This document shows, one piece after another, positions 9,782-19,158 of a stretch of 32,000 nucleotides of DNA; positions within the stretch are counted from its first letter, which is position 1, and each line of letters begins with the position of its first letter. Under the pieces are notes generated by a model that did not search any database, was not told where the DNA came from, and worked only from the letters and a program-made list of their open reading frames with translations. This DNA is from an uncultured Chloroflexia bacterium (GTDB taxonomy: Bacteria; Chloroflexota; Anaerolineae; Caldilineales; Caldilineaceae): positions 8,802 to 40,801 of the forward strand of contig CAVXYK010000023.1 in the NCBI GenBank assembly GCA_963765875.1, in the 5' to 3' direction. A program made the translations under genes and the position numbers.

Positions 9782-9843
9782 CGAGGAGAAGAGACCATCG
9801 ATTTCTGCGCTTACATGCAGAAATCGATGGTCTCTTCTCCTCG
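9782..9843. terminator. 27-bp perfect-stem hairpin between convergent copA and the SRPBCC gene (likely bidirectional terminator)
   Basis: CGAGGAGAAGAGACCATCGATTTCTGC (9782-9808), an 8-nt loop, then the exact reverse complement (9817-9843). No clear U-tract. Confidence 0.55.
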
Positions 9844-9974
9844 TGATTCTCACCCCTGGCCTGGAACGGCAACCGGCAGCAGCTCATCCATTTGCTCTAG
9901 AGCTTTTCGACAATCCACTCATGTACGCACATATTGCACAGCTTCTATCAATTCTGTCACTATGATGGTCTGCT

Positions 9975-10418
9975 CTAATCGGTTCTTTGGGATTCCAGCA
10001 ACTGCTTGAGAGCATCAAGATCTTTACCATCTTGCCTTGCGGCCAATCTGCCGAACAGTCCCTCCATCAGTTTCCCAACACCTGTACCTTTTAGTTTCCC
10101 TGTCAGAGTCAGTTGTGTCCCGGTCTCTTTCGGCTCAAACCTCGATTGACTAGTCGCCTGGATACTACCCTGGGAGCCCTTGAAACTATACACTTCGAAT
10201 GGCTCCCAAGCCGTGATTTCGACTTCGGTCTCCACAACGCTCCAACCGAGTTTGACCAGCACCTTATAAGTTGAACCGACACCAGGGGGGCCTTTGGATG
10301 TCCACTTCGCGGATTTAGTAGCACTTGACCACTGAGAATGGTTGGCAGGGTTGGTCACAAAGTCGAAAACCATCCGTTGCGGATGGTTGATGAAAATGCT
10401 TTCTTCATACGTATACAT
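9975..10418 (-). CDS. SRPBCC (START / polyketide-cyclase-like) superfamily protein
   Basis: MYTYEESIFINHPQRMVFDFVTNPANHSQWS.. is typical of SRPBCC proteins. The ATG at 10418 has GGGAGA upstream. The longer track start at 10523 is unlikely. Confidence 0.65.
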   Translation of the reverse strand: MYTYEESIFINHPQRMVFDFVTNPANHSQWSSATKSAKWTSKGPPGVGSTYKVLVKLGWSVVETEVEITAWEPFEVYSFKGSQGSIQATSQSRFEPKETGTQLTLTGKLKGTGVGKLMEGLFGRLAARQDGKDLDALKQLLESQRTD

Positions 10419-10551
10419 GCACAATCTCCCTGTATGGCGTGGAAAAAGCAAATTGCCTCTCGATAATCGGCGCCACCGCGCCGATTTCTGGGGCGAATGA
10501 CAGATCTGCAATATCCACGCCAAGCTGTTCTCTATCGCTATCGACTGAGCC

Positions 10552-10713
10552 TTATAGAATTGACCAGATCGACGCTAGAAACGTGGCCAGGATACCTATT
10601 AGAAGAACTGTTGCCATTGCGACAATGATGGTTCGCTGTTTGGTGCTTCCCGAACTCCCGTCGTTTGGTTCTTCCTGGGTATCGGTTGGATCGTGCCGGT
10701 AAGTATTCGCCAA
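10552..10713 (-). CDS. Hypothetical 53-aa C-terminally anchored membrane protein
   Basis: TTG start at 10713, preceded by GAGGGAGG at 6 nt. The product MANTYRHDPTDTQEEPNDGSSGSTKQRTIIVAMATVLLIGILATFLASIWSIL has one terminal TM helix. Too short for the ORF track. No family recognised. Confidence 0.3.
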   Translation of the reverse strand: MANTYRHDPTDTQEEPNDGSSGSTKQRTIIVAMATVLLIGILATFLASIWSIL

Positions 10714-10960
10714 AGCTGCCTCCCTCTACTATCTCGCTGATCGGCGAGATAGATCCATTTACTTGCGGTGCTGAATGTTATCGGGGAGCATGGGTGTAAT
10801 GAAGTATAGGGAAATTACGTGGTGGATATCAAGGTTTAGCCGAATTCCGAGGTGGTGAAGCCATTCCCGTGCTGAAATCGCCCTTTTTCAGACAGAGGCG
10901 TCGCAAATAGAGAGCGCAGTGATTCAAACCATGCAGCGGCCGAATCGATTCAATAAACAA

Positions 10961-11000
10961 AAGCCTTGCCGTCCGACGCCGTTGTCGAACCGCAAGGCTT
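10961..11000 (-). terminator. Rho-independent terminator of the multicopper oxidase gene
   Basis: AAGCCTTGC (10961-10969) pairs with GCAAGGCTT (10992-11000), with an inner CGAC/GTCG stem. On the minus strand it is followed by TTGTTTATTG. It lies 32 nt past the stop at 11032. Confidence 0.6.
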
Positions 11001-11031
11001 CATACGACCTTTTCCTGACGTTCCGATCGGG

Positions 11032-12618
11032 CTAAATCGCATCAACCCGATAGTTGCGCATCATGCCCATATCTTCATGCTCAAGATTGTGGCAATGGTA
11101 GAGAAAAAGACCCGTGTAATCTTCGAATCGAACCAGGACTTGCACCCGTTCACCAGGCATCACCAATACAGTGTCTTTCCAGCCGTCGTCAACATAGCCT
11201 TCGCTAACCGTCTTCCAGTCGGCCTGCATTCCCGAAGCAACTTGTCGACTCAACACCTGAAAAGACTTGCCATGGACATGCATGGGATGGGGAAGCAGCA
11301 TACCACCCATCATCCCCCTGCCTCCGCCCTGATTGGCAAACTCCCACACCTCGGTGCTGCCGAGCTGTACGATCTCGTCTTTTGCGACATCGGTCATCTC
11401 AAAGGTGCGCCCATTCAGTGTCCATCTGCCCTGGTTCATCTGCAGGGCAAAGCGACAGCGGTGCGTCTTCATTGGCGGCGTTTGATGCCGCCAACCGATC
11501 GATCGTTGAGAGACGCAGGGGAAGAGCCAAGTTCTCTTCTGCTTCTCGATCGACGCGCACGCGCAAAACGGGGAAGTCGGAGCCGCCCTGAGCGCCTCCC
11601 ATCATGCCTGGGCTGGAGAAAGGCAAACTCCTCAAAACCATCTCGCTGCCCAAGACGCTGGTCGCCAAAATCCGTCCATAGTTCCACACGTTCACCAGGC
11701 GCCAGCATGACGTATGGCCGCTGCACCGGCGCTTCCAACAGCCCGCCATCAGTCCCGATCACGGTTACGGGCGCGCCGTTTTCCCAGGCCAGCTTGTGAG
11801 ATGCGGGAGTTGGAGCCGTTCAACAAGCGCAGGCGATAGGCGCGTTGTTCAACCGGCAGGGTGAATGCCGGATTGCCGTTGATCCAGATTTCCCTGCCCA
11901 AAAAGCCCGTCATCTGCTCCATGTGGCCCCCGGACTGGTAGACCAGTTGATTGTCGTCATTGAGGGTTCGATCCTGGATCACGAGTGGAATATCATATGC
12001 GCCGTCGGGCAATCCGGCCGCGGTCTCTTCATCGTCGGAGACCAGAAAGAGGCCGGCCATGCCCGCATATACCTGCGGTCCCGTGCGCCCGTGGGGGTGC
12101 GGATGATACCAGTAGGTTCCGGCACGGTTGCGAACTTCAAACTCATATACGTAGGTGTGATCCGTCTCCACCACGTAGCGCGGGTGTCCATCCATTTCAG
12201 CCGGCAAGTGCAGGCCGTGCCAATGGAGGATGCTGGGTTCAGGCAACTCGTTGATGAAGTGCAGACGCACCCGCTGGCCTGTTTTTACCCGGATCGTTGG
12301 CCCTAAATAGCTGTCCGGGATCGGCTGCAGGGCAGATTCTTCGCCTTTCAGCAGCTCCCCGGTGACCTGCCAGACATGCGTTGGCGTACCGGGTCGAATT
12401 TCAATTGAACCGGGTGCGGCTTCGTAGGACAATCTCAACGTCCGGATCAAAGGGGAACTCCTTGTTCGACTGCGTCTCTTGATTGGCGGTCGCGGGGATG
12501 ACCGCGGCCGTATTGGCGTTCAGGGCATCTGCACAGCGGGTGCACAGCCTGCTACTAGCGCCATCGTCGCACCAATAGATGATAATTGCAGAAATGTTCG
12601 CCGATCCATTGACTTCAT
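11032..12618 (-). pseudogene. Tat-exported three-domain multicopper oxidase (CueO/CopA-like) with Met-rich inserts; at least 4 frame breaks as assembled
   Basis: Twin-arginine signal MKSMDRRTFLQLSSIGATMALVAGC (ATG 12618, RBS GGAGGAG). Copper-site motifs HWHGLH, WYHPHPHG, HPMHVHG and HCHNLEHEDMGMM. Fragments 12520-12618, 11749-12450, 11469-11762, 11399-11749 and 11032-11472 are colinear. Breaks lie near 12460-12520, 11797, 11650 and 11465. Confidence 0.85.
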
Positions 12619-12711
12619 GATTTGGGATTCTCCTCCACTTTCACACGTTTGCTGTTCTGTTCGGCCGCTTATCCGCGACCGTTCGCTCTCTCCGGCACAA
12701 GTATATTCTTG

Positions 12712-12734
12712 AGTTGTGAAGGAAATGTGAATCA
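12712..12734 (-). promoter_or_regulatory. Second copy of the TTCACA-N5-TTCACA box, 97-113 nt upstream of the multicopper oxidase start
   Basis: AGTTGTGAAGGAAATGTGAATCA is identical over 23 nt to 1006-1028, in the same orientation relative to the downstream minus-strand gene. Confidence 0.5.
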
Positions 12735-12803
12735 AACACGCAATTTAAATGAATAGCTCGCTGAAGACACCAGAAGTTCACTTTCGTTGGACTGCTTTGC
12801 CAT

Positions 12804-13770
12804 CTAATTCATGCCCGCCTTGGCCAACTCTTCTTCGATCAACGGTTGAAACGATTCGTAAGGAAGCGCCCCTTGGATCGGACGGCCGTTTAGCGCAAAC
12901 GTGGGCGTACTGCGCACACCGAGTTGGCGAGCGAAGTCATTGTCTTGCTCGACCAAAGCCTCCGTCCGTCCTGAATCGAGACATTCGTCAAACTGTTCGA
13001 CTGTCGAGTTCGAGCTCAACGGCAAGCTGCTTCAAGTTATCTTTGCTGAAAGCCCCTTGATTCTCACCATCCCAGTTTTCAAAGAGCAGATCATGATATG
13101 CCCAAAACTGCTCCTGTTCGGTCAGCACATTCGCTGGCCTGCACCAGCCCAAACGGATTCCTCTCCCAAGAAATGCAAAATGCACATACCCGAAACGAAC
13201 CTTCCCTGTATCGATGTACTCTTGCTGAATCTGACGACCCGCGTCAGTGGCGAAACGCCGGCAAAACGGTCACTGGAAGTCGCTGAACTCGATCAGCGTG
13301 ACCGGCGCATTCACATCGCCAATGAAGTGGCGTACATTGGGCAGAGATCGCAGCAGCAATTTCTCCTGAAAGATCAGGCGTTGGCGTGATCGAGAACTGG
13401 GAGACTGGGACACATTGTCCTTCTCTTCATCCTTCGAGGAGAAGACGAGTCGGGTGTCTCCTCCTCAGCGAGTGCGATATCGTCGGCAGGCTCAGGCGGC
13501 AGCGCTCTGTTGGGCATTCGCAGACGGATCGGGTTTGCCACCAATGGCCAACTGATCCGTGAACGGCCGTGCGACGTATCCGATCAGATAGGCCAATCAC
13601 AAATGCAAGCAGCAGAGACGACCCAACTCATCCCAGATCCACGACCCCGTTGGGCGGATCCTGAGACTCGGTTCGTCTTCGTTCACTGTCAGCCCGTCGG
13701 TGATCGGCCCACCCGGACTCGGCTCAAGGGACTCGATTTGGCTCGTTTCATTGACGTCATTTTCGGTCAT
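12804..13770 (-). pseudogene. Membrane-anchored DsbA-family thiol:disulfide oxidoreductase. An in-frame TGA sits at the first Cys of the CxxC site, and there are several frame breaks.
   Basis: ..DVNAPVTLIEFSDFQ-TGA-PFCRRFATDAGRQIQQEYIDTGKVRFGYVHFAFLG.. then ..QFWAYHDLLF.. and ..FDECLDSGRTEALVEQDNDFARQLGVRSTPTFALNGRPI.. match DsbA/BdbD-type proteins. The ATG at 13770 has an AGGAAG RBS. The N-terminal TM/linker needs compensating shifts, and a further break lies near 13000. An alternative GTG start is at 13413. Confidence 0.65.
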
Positions 13771-13819
13771 ACCTGGTCACTTCCTATCTGTTTGGCTGTT
13801 CGGCCAAAATGAATGTAGT

Positions 13820-14590
13820 TCAAGACTTCACTTGCGATGCGTCTCGCTGTCGCTGCCCAGCGTAGAACGCGAGTATGTAGAGCGCCAGCAGAACGGCCGC
13901 CAGCGCTACGACCTGAGAAACACGAATGCCGGCAACAGCCGTGTTGGATGTGCCGCGAAATGCTTCCAGCAGCAATTCGGTCACGCCAACATAGAGCACT
14001 CCATACCAGAATATCTCGCCGGGCAGCGCTGTCGGCATCATTCGCCATAGCACAGCGAGTATCACGGCCAAGGAGATGGCTTCATAGATCTGTACCGGAT
14101 GTCGACGTACCTGCCACAGTTCGACAGCCCAGGGCAGATCTGTCGCTACGCCGTATCGCTCACCGGTTGCAAACTGGCCCAGTGCCAATACGATCAGTAC
14201 AGAAACGGATACCAACGCCGCATTGTCCAAAATCGTCGAAGTCGGTATCTGTACGCGTGTGCAGCAGGATCAGCGCCACGCCAACGCCGACGATCAGACC
14301 GGGAATCGCCGCCAGCGTACCCGGTCGCAAGCTCAACAGCAGGCGCGGCGTCTGCACATAGATTGGGTAGAATTGGGCGGCATAGGCCAGTCGAGCGCCA
14401 ATCACGACCGCGGCCAGACCGCCGTAGAGCAGCACAGACTGAACGCCCGTTGCCGATCGTCGGCTTTCCCCGGCACGGCCAGACGACGCATGGTTCGCTC
14501 GCCCACTTCGCTGCCAACCCAGATCGCCATCAGAAAAGCAAGCGGCCCCACCGCAAGCGTGAATCCGCCAAGCGAAAGAACCGGCATCAT
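13820..14590 (-). pseudogene. lgt: Prolipoprotein diacylglyceryl transferase (Lgt) family protein; at least 2 frame breaks
   Basis: The C-terminal part ..LGQFATGERYGVATDLPWAVELWQVRRHPVQIYEA.. is the Lgt signature region. Upstream colinear TM fragments ([26 protein letters not shown].., ..[26 protein letters not shown]..) are in other frames. Breaks lie near 14450 and 14230. Confidence 0.65.
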
Positions 14591-15123
14591 GGCTTGCGTC
14601 GCCGCCAGACCGATGCGCTGTCCGCCGTCCATCAGGCTGGCCGCGGTTGAGCGGACCGCCGACCTTGATCGCCTGAATGCGTCCCTCGGCATCGATGAAC
14701 ACTGTGGTCGGCAAGGCGCGACACGCCGTAGAGCGCGCCGACATCCGTCCGCTGATCGAGAAGCAATGGGAAGGTCGTGTCGACGACGCCCCTTGCGAAA
14801 CCTTCCACGACAGCGCCTTCCTCTCCTTGGTCGATTCCAATCAGCATAGAGTTGATCGGCACCATACATCTGCCAGAACGCCTCAAGCTCGGGCATCTCA
14901 GCCCGACAGGGCGGGCACCAAGTCGCCCAGAAGTTGAGAATCACGGGACTGCCGCGTCAGCGCAGAGAGCGTGACTCGATGATCCATCTGTTGTGGGCAG
15001 CGTGAAGTCCGGCGCCAAGAAGCCGACCATCGGGCGCCGGTCAGTGGCGCCGCTCTGAACATCAGCCGGCAACCTGCTACAATTGATCCAAGCGACGCCA
15101 AGCAACAGAGCCACCAACATCAT
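14591..15123 (-). pseudogene. TlpA/ResA-like membrane-anchored thioredoxin-fold protein (WCPPC); at least 3 frame breaks, 3' end not resolved
   Basis: Anchor MMLVALLLGVAWI, then ..APDFTLPTTDG.., [20 protein letters not shown] (CPPC at 14906-14917), ..[36 protein letters not shown].. and ..[20 protein letters not shown].. are spread over three frames. No stop is seen before the Lgt start in the last frame. Confidence 0.65.
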
Positions 15124-15591
15124 GCCACGCCAGAACGAGGCAGGCAGCGCTGTTTGCTCGTGCTCGGTCTCTGCTTTCGTGAGATCGCCATCAGATAGTT
15201 ACTCTGTGCCTCTGATTTGTTCGCCAGCTGGAGGTGGTCAGACGAAACAAATGAGCCGTTGATACCCATTGTTCATTCGTTATACAATCAGGCCAGAAGA
15301 CTTAATCATTTCCGACTTTCTATTCGGACTGTTTGAGTCTAGAAACGTTGTGTCAGGTATGTCAATGAATTCGGTTGAAATGTCTATTTTGAGGCCCATT
15401 TTCAGGCGAAAAGTGTTGGTTTTCACATCGACGCTGTCGGATATGCCTGCGTGCACATCTGAGGCTGCCAAACGCCTGAGGAGAAATTCTAACTCTGGCA
15501 TTCCCTGTGGTTGCGGGCTGACCGCCCAGGGCTAAGGCCGCCGAGCTAGAGAGCAACCACAGAAAATCGTCCAGAATCAGGAAAAATCGAC

Positions 15592-16715
15592 ATGAGTCAA
15601 ATCACCAATGCCCCCAGAGCTAACAACGTGACCGAAGTCTTGGCGGCCAGCGATCATCGTCGGCGGGCTGTTGCTCATCACCTATCTACACTACTCGACC
15701 GCGCCCGGTCTTGTCGGCCTACATGCGGTCTACCGCTATTTCTACTTCCTGCCGATTGTGTATGCTGCGCTGCGTTTCGGCTTACGGGGCGGGCTGCTGG
15801 CGGCATTGGCCGCTTCACTTCTCTTCGCCCCCCACATCGTCTTCAAGTGGGGCAATTTCCCGGAAGACAGCATCAACGACCTGCTTGTTGTCGTCGTCTT
15901 CTTTGGCGTGGCCGTCATCACGGGCGTCACGGTCGACCGCCTGCGCGCGGCCCAGCAAGCCGAGAGCCAGACAGCGGCGGAGTTGGCTGCATCCCTGCGC
16001 AAACTGGAGGAACAGGGCGACGAACTGCGACGGGTTGAGCGACTCAGTGCATTGGGCAATCTGGCGGGTGGATTGGCACACCAGATCCGCAACCCAGTCG
16101 GCATCATCCGTGCCTGTGCACAGCTATTGGAAGCCGACAGCCAAGTGGAGGCTCACGAGACGGCTTTGGTGATCGAAGAGGAGACGGATCGAATCGAAAC
16201 GCTGGTCCAGGATCTGCTGCGCTATGCTGATGCCACTCGTCCGCAATTGGTGCCCACGGATGCCGCGAATTTCCTTGGAGCAGATTGCAATCCGTGTGCA
16301 ACCCATGGCAAACGCGGCCGGCGTTGAAGTCCAGACCGTGAGTGATGCACGCCTGCCACTTGTATTAATCGATTCGAGGCAGATGGAGCAGGTCCTCTTG
16401 AATTTGGCGGTCAATGCAATCCAGGCACTCGATCAAGGAGGGACTGTCGTGTTGGCTGCTCGACAAGGTGAGGACCTGCAACATGTGGAATTCCGGGTCT
16501 CCGATGACGGCCCCGGTATTGACGAGGCGGATCGCCAGCGAATCTTCGATCCCTTCTTCTCTACCAAAGACGGTGGTTCAGGGTTCGGCTTAAGTGTCGT
16601 AAATCGAATTGTGGAAGATCATGGTGCTCGTGTCACGGTTGTTACCGATCCGGATGGGGGAGCGACGTTTGTTGTCTGCCTGTCTGCTGCGCCTCCGCCG
16701 GATGCGTTGATGTAG
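15592..16715 (+). pseudogene. Membrane sensor histidine kinase (DUF4118-like TM domain, HisKA, HATPase_c); two frame breaks
   Basis: YRYFYFLPIVYAALRFGLRGGLLAALAASLLF is a KdpD-type membrane module. H-box LAGGLAHQIRNP. N/G boxes LLNLAVNAIQA, DDGPGI and GSGFGLSV. Breaks lie near 15650 and 16270. Confidence 0.8.
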
Positions 16716-16827
16716 CAAATGCTACACAGCCGCCAAAAATCGGCGTATTTCCGACATCGGCCCATCGTTTCGCGGCTGCATAGAAGCGTTTTCTCTCTTG
16801 CCCTGACAATTGAGATAGGATCGAAGG

Positions 16828-18144
16828 ATGGCACGAACAATTCTAGTAATCGACGACGAACGACAATATGCGCTGGGTGCTCGAACGCGCGCTGGCCAAG
16901 GCCGGCTATGACGTAGTCACGGCTGAACGGGGCGAACAGGCCATCCAACGCTTTGCGCGCCATGCGGTCGACCTGGTCTTGCTGGACCTGAAGATGCCCG
17001 GCATGGATGGCATGACGGTGCTACGCGAGCTGAGGCGGCGAGACACGACCGTACCCATCCTGCTCCTGACCGCATACGCCTCAGTGCCTACTGCAGTCGA
17101 AGCGCTTCAGATCGGCGCCTCGGACTACCTGCGCAAGCCATTCGATCTAGAGACCGTTCTCGCCACCATCAATCGGTACATCGCCGATTCCAGTGACGTT
17201 CCCGTGACCGACGAACCGCCGGCGAAAGCGCCTGCATCAGTCGAACCTTTTACCGAGTTCGTCGGCGCAACACCGGTACTGCATGCTGCGTTGACGCGCG
17301 CCAGGGCGGCACAACGAGCGCCATATCCCGTGGTGGTGCGCGGCGAACCGGGTACGGGCCGAAGACATCTTGCGCGTTTGATCCACGCTGGATCAGACGC
17401 AACGGTAGGCAAGAAGCTTGTCGAACTCGATTGTGCCAATCTGCCGCCGGCAGTCATTGCCCACGAACTGTTGATCGAGCCGTCTGCTGACGAAAGCGGG
17501 GGACTTTGGCAACAAGCATTGGGCGGCACGCTCCTGCTATCCAATGTCGAAGCGCTGCACGACAATCTGGTGCAGAAGGCTGTGGACCTGCTTGCCCCAT
17601 ACTTACTCTCCAGCGAGCGCCCGCATGGGTTGCGCCTGTTGCTGACGTCAGAAATGCATTGCAGGAAAGGTGGTCGCAGATTTCGGCGCTCGCTTTTGAT
17701 ATCTTGCTGCCACCGCTGCGCGTTCGTATCGACGATCTTCCTCTGTTGTTGGCACGCTTCGCCCCGGATGCAGTATGGGATCGACAGGTGCTCTTACTGC
17801 TGAGTTCCTACGAGTGGCCGGGCAATGTGGGCGAGCTACAGCGTGTCGTCCAGCAGGCAACCTATCTAGCCGCAGGTGACCCAGTGGGGACTGATCATCT
17901 ACCCAGCAATATTCTGGATACAGACGCCCAAGTTGCCGGCGTTTTTCTGCTACCGCCCGAAGGGATCAACTTGGACAGGGTTGAGGAGAACCTGATCCGA
18001 CAAGCGTTGGAGATGGCCGGCGGAAACAAGACGCAGGCGGCGCGGCTGCTCGGTCTAAGCCGTGCGACGCTGCTCTATCGGATCGACAAGTACGCAATCC
18101 TCGCCGATGATCCGGAGAACCCGGTTGTCGAGCAAGACGAATAG
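16828..18144 (+). pseudogene. NtrC-family response regulator (REC, degenerate AAA+, Fis-type HTH); two frame breaks
   Basis: REC: MARTILVIDDE..LVLLDLKMPGMDG..DYLRKPF. The central domain is recognisable (PPLRVRIDDLPLL, YEWPGNVGELQ) but lacks key motifs. HTH: GGNKTQAARLLGLSRATLLYRIDKY. Breaks lie near 16866 and 17650. Confidence 0.8.
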
Positions 18145-18269
18145 CGCCTCGTTCGCAATTTCTTCACAGATTCAGGGTACACTATGGACAAAATAGGCTG
18201 AGATCCGTAGGGGCACTTGGTCGGGCGGGAAAATAGATCCAACTACGACGGTGAGTTCGCCCGCCCCAT

Positions 18270-18316
18270 CACGTGCCCGTCGCCGACGAATCACCACTTG
18301 GGACGACGGGCACGTG
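18270..18316 (+). other. 13-bp perfect-stem hairpin between the NtrC-like gene and the lipoprotein/RR/HK operon
   Basis: CACGTGCCCGTCG (18270-18282), a 21-nt loop, then CGACGGGCACGTG (18304-18316). No U-tract. Possible terminator or leader structure. Confidence 0.4.
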
Positions 18317-18420
18317 AACGGGCGGATGGACGGCTCGGAAAAATCGGAGCACCATTCCCGCCCGTCGCCATGCCCCTATGGATCGTCGCCCAACTGAAAC
18401 CATTGCGAGGAGACTATGCT

Positions 18421-19125
18421 GTGAGATTGTTGTCTGAAATGAATAAGCGACGCCGCACCCTGTTGGCGGCCCTACTGTTGCTCGCCGCCATTCTTGTGGC
18501 CGCGTGTGCGCCCGTCCAGTCTGTGCCCGTCGCAATGGCGCAAGCGACCGACAACGATGCTGAAGCTCCCCACGAAATGGTCGTCGACGGTAAGGTCGTC
18601 GACCATGGGTCCATTCACGCACAAATGAGTGCAGAATCGACGGAACTGCCGGTGGAAACGCTTCCGTCAATCCCTCTGACTATGCCGGGCAATGATGCCT
18701 TTGGCGCTATTCAGGAGTTGACCGCCATTCTCCTGGTGGACCCGGAAACGGATTGGCGTCGTGTGAACCTGGAAGCGTTGCGCGTACACCTGGCCGATAT
18801 GGAGAACATGACGCTGCGCGTGGATGTGGTCGAGCAGAGCGAGACGCCGGCTGGCGTTCGTGTCGTCATTGAACCGCAGGATGAACGTACCTTGGCCTCC
18901 TTGCGTCGAGTGTTTGCGGCCCATCCGGCTCAGCTCGCCGCCGAAACAGGATGGACGATGTCCGTGCTTGAGGAGAATGGCTGCTTCATCCTCACCATTG
19001 AGACCGAAAATCCAAATGAAATCGAAATGATCCGCGGCCTAGGCTATATCGGTGCCATGGCCATCGGTGAACACCACAAGATACACCACCGCATGATCGC
19101 CACCGGGGCCAATCCACATGAGTAG
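18421..19125 (+). CDS. Lipoprotein of unknown function with a His-rich C-terminus, first gene of the RR/HK operon
   Basis: GTG at 18421 (RBS GAGGAG at 18408-18413) or ATG at 18439. Signal/lipobox MNKRRRTLLAALLLLAAILVAAC. The C-terminus is ..GLGYIGAMAIGEHHKIHHRMIATGANPHE. No family recognised. Confidence 0.6.
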   Translation: MRLLSEMNKRRRTLLAALLLLAAILVAACAPVQSVPVAMAQATDNDAEAPHEMVVDGKVVDHGSIHAQMSAESTELPVETLPSIPLTMPGNDAFGAIQELTAILLVDPETDWRRVNLEALRVHLADMENMTLRVDVVEQSETPAGVRVVIEPQDERTLASLRRVFAAHPAQLAAETGWTMSVLEENGCFILTIETENPNEIEMIRGLGYIGAMAIGEHHKIHHRMIATGANPHE

Positions 19126-19158
19126 TGTTGGACGACGCTCAGCGATGAATACGCTACC

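Noticed and set aside
10966-11799. 277-aa plus-strand ORF
   Set aside because: It is antisense to clearly recognisable multicopper-oxidase fragments (HPMHVHG, HCHNLEHEDMGMM) and has a low-complexity translation.
13465-13599. Three further in-frame TGAs (13599-13597, 13494-13492, 13467-13465) in the same frame as the DsbA-like gene, as possible extra Sec codons or TGA recoding
   Set aside because: None falls in a redox motif. Neighbouring frames give more protein-like text (a TM helix ..SLLLAFVIGL.. and a linker EPADDIALAEEETPDSSSP), so compensating indels explain them better. Other genes here terminate normally at TGA, ruling out global recoding.
14160-14849. Long ORFs 14160-14840(-) and 14223-14849(+) as independent genes
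   Set aside because: The minus ORF is a chimera of TlpA-like and Lgt fragments created by frame breaks. The plus ORF is an Arg-rich antisense shadow.
15496-15514. Sigma-54-like TGGCA...TTGC upstream of the kinase / NtrC-like operon
   Set aside because: The GG and GC elements are 16 nt apart instead of the canonical 12. The local NtrC-like protein also lacks GAFTGA.
15269-15556. Three 64-88-aa ORFs in the AT-richer divergent intergenic region
   Set aside because: They overlap one another on both strands and have no RBS or recognisable fold. The region is better read as promoter space between the TlpA-like gene and the kinase.
18157-18180. TTCACAGATTCAGGGTACAC upstream of the lipoprotein/RR/HK operon as an autoregulatory copy of the TTCACA box
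   Set aside because: Only one exact hexamer is present, and spacing to the degenerate copies is 7-8 bp rather than 11. It also lies about 240 nt from the start.
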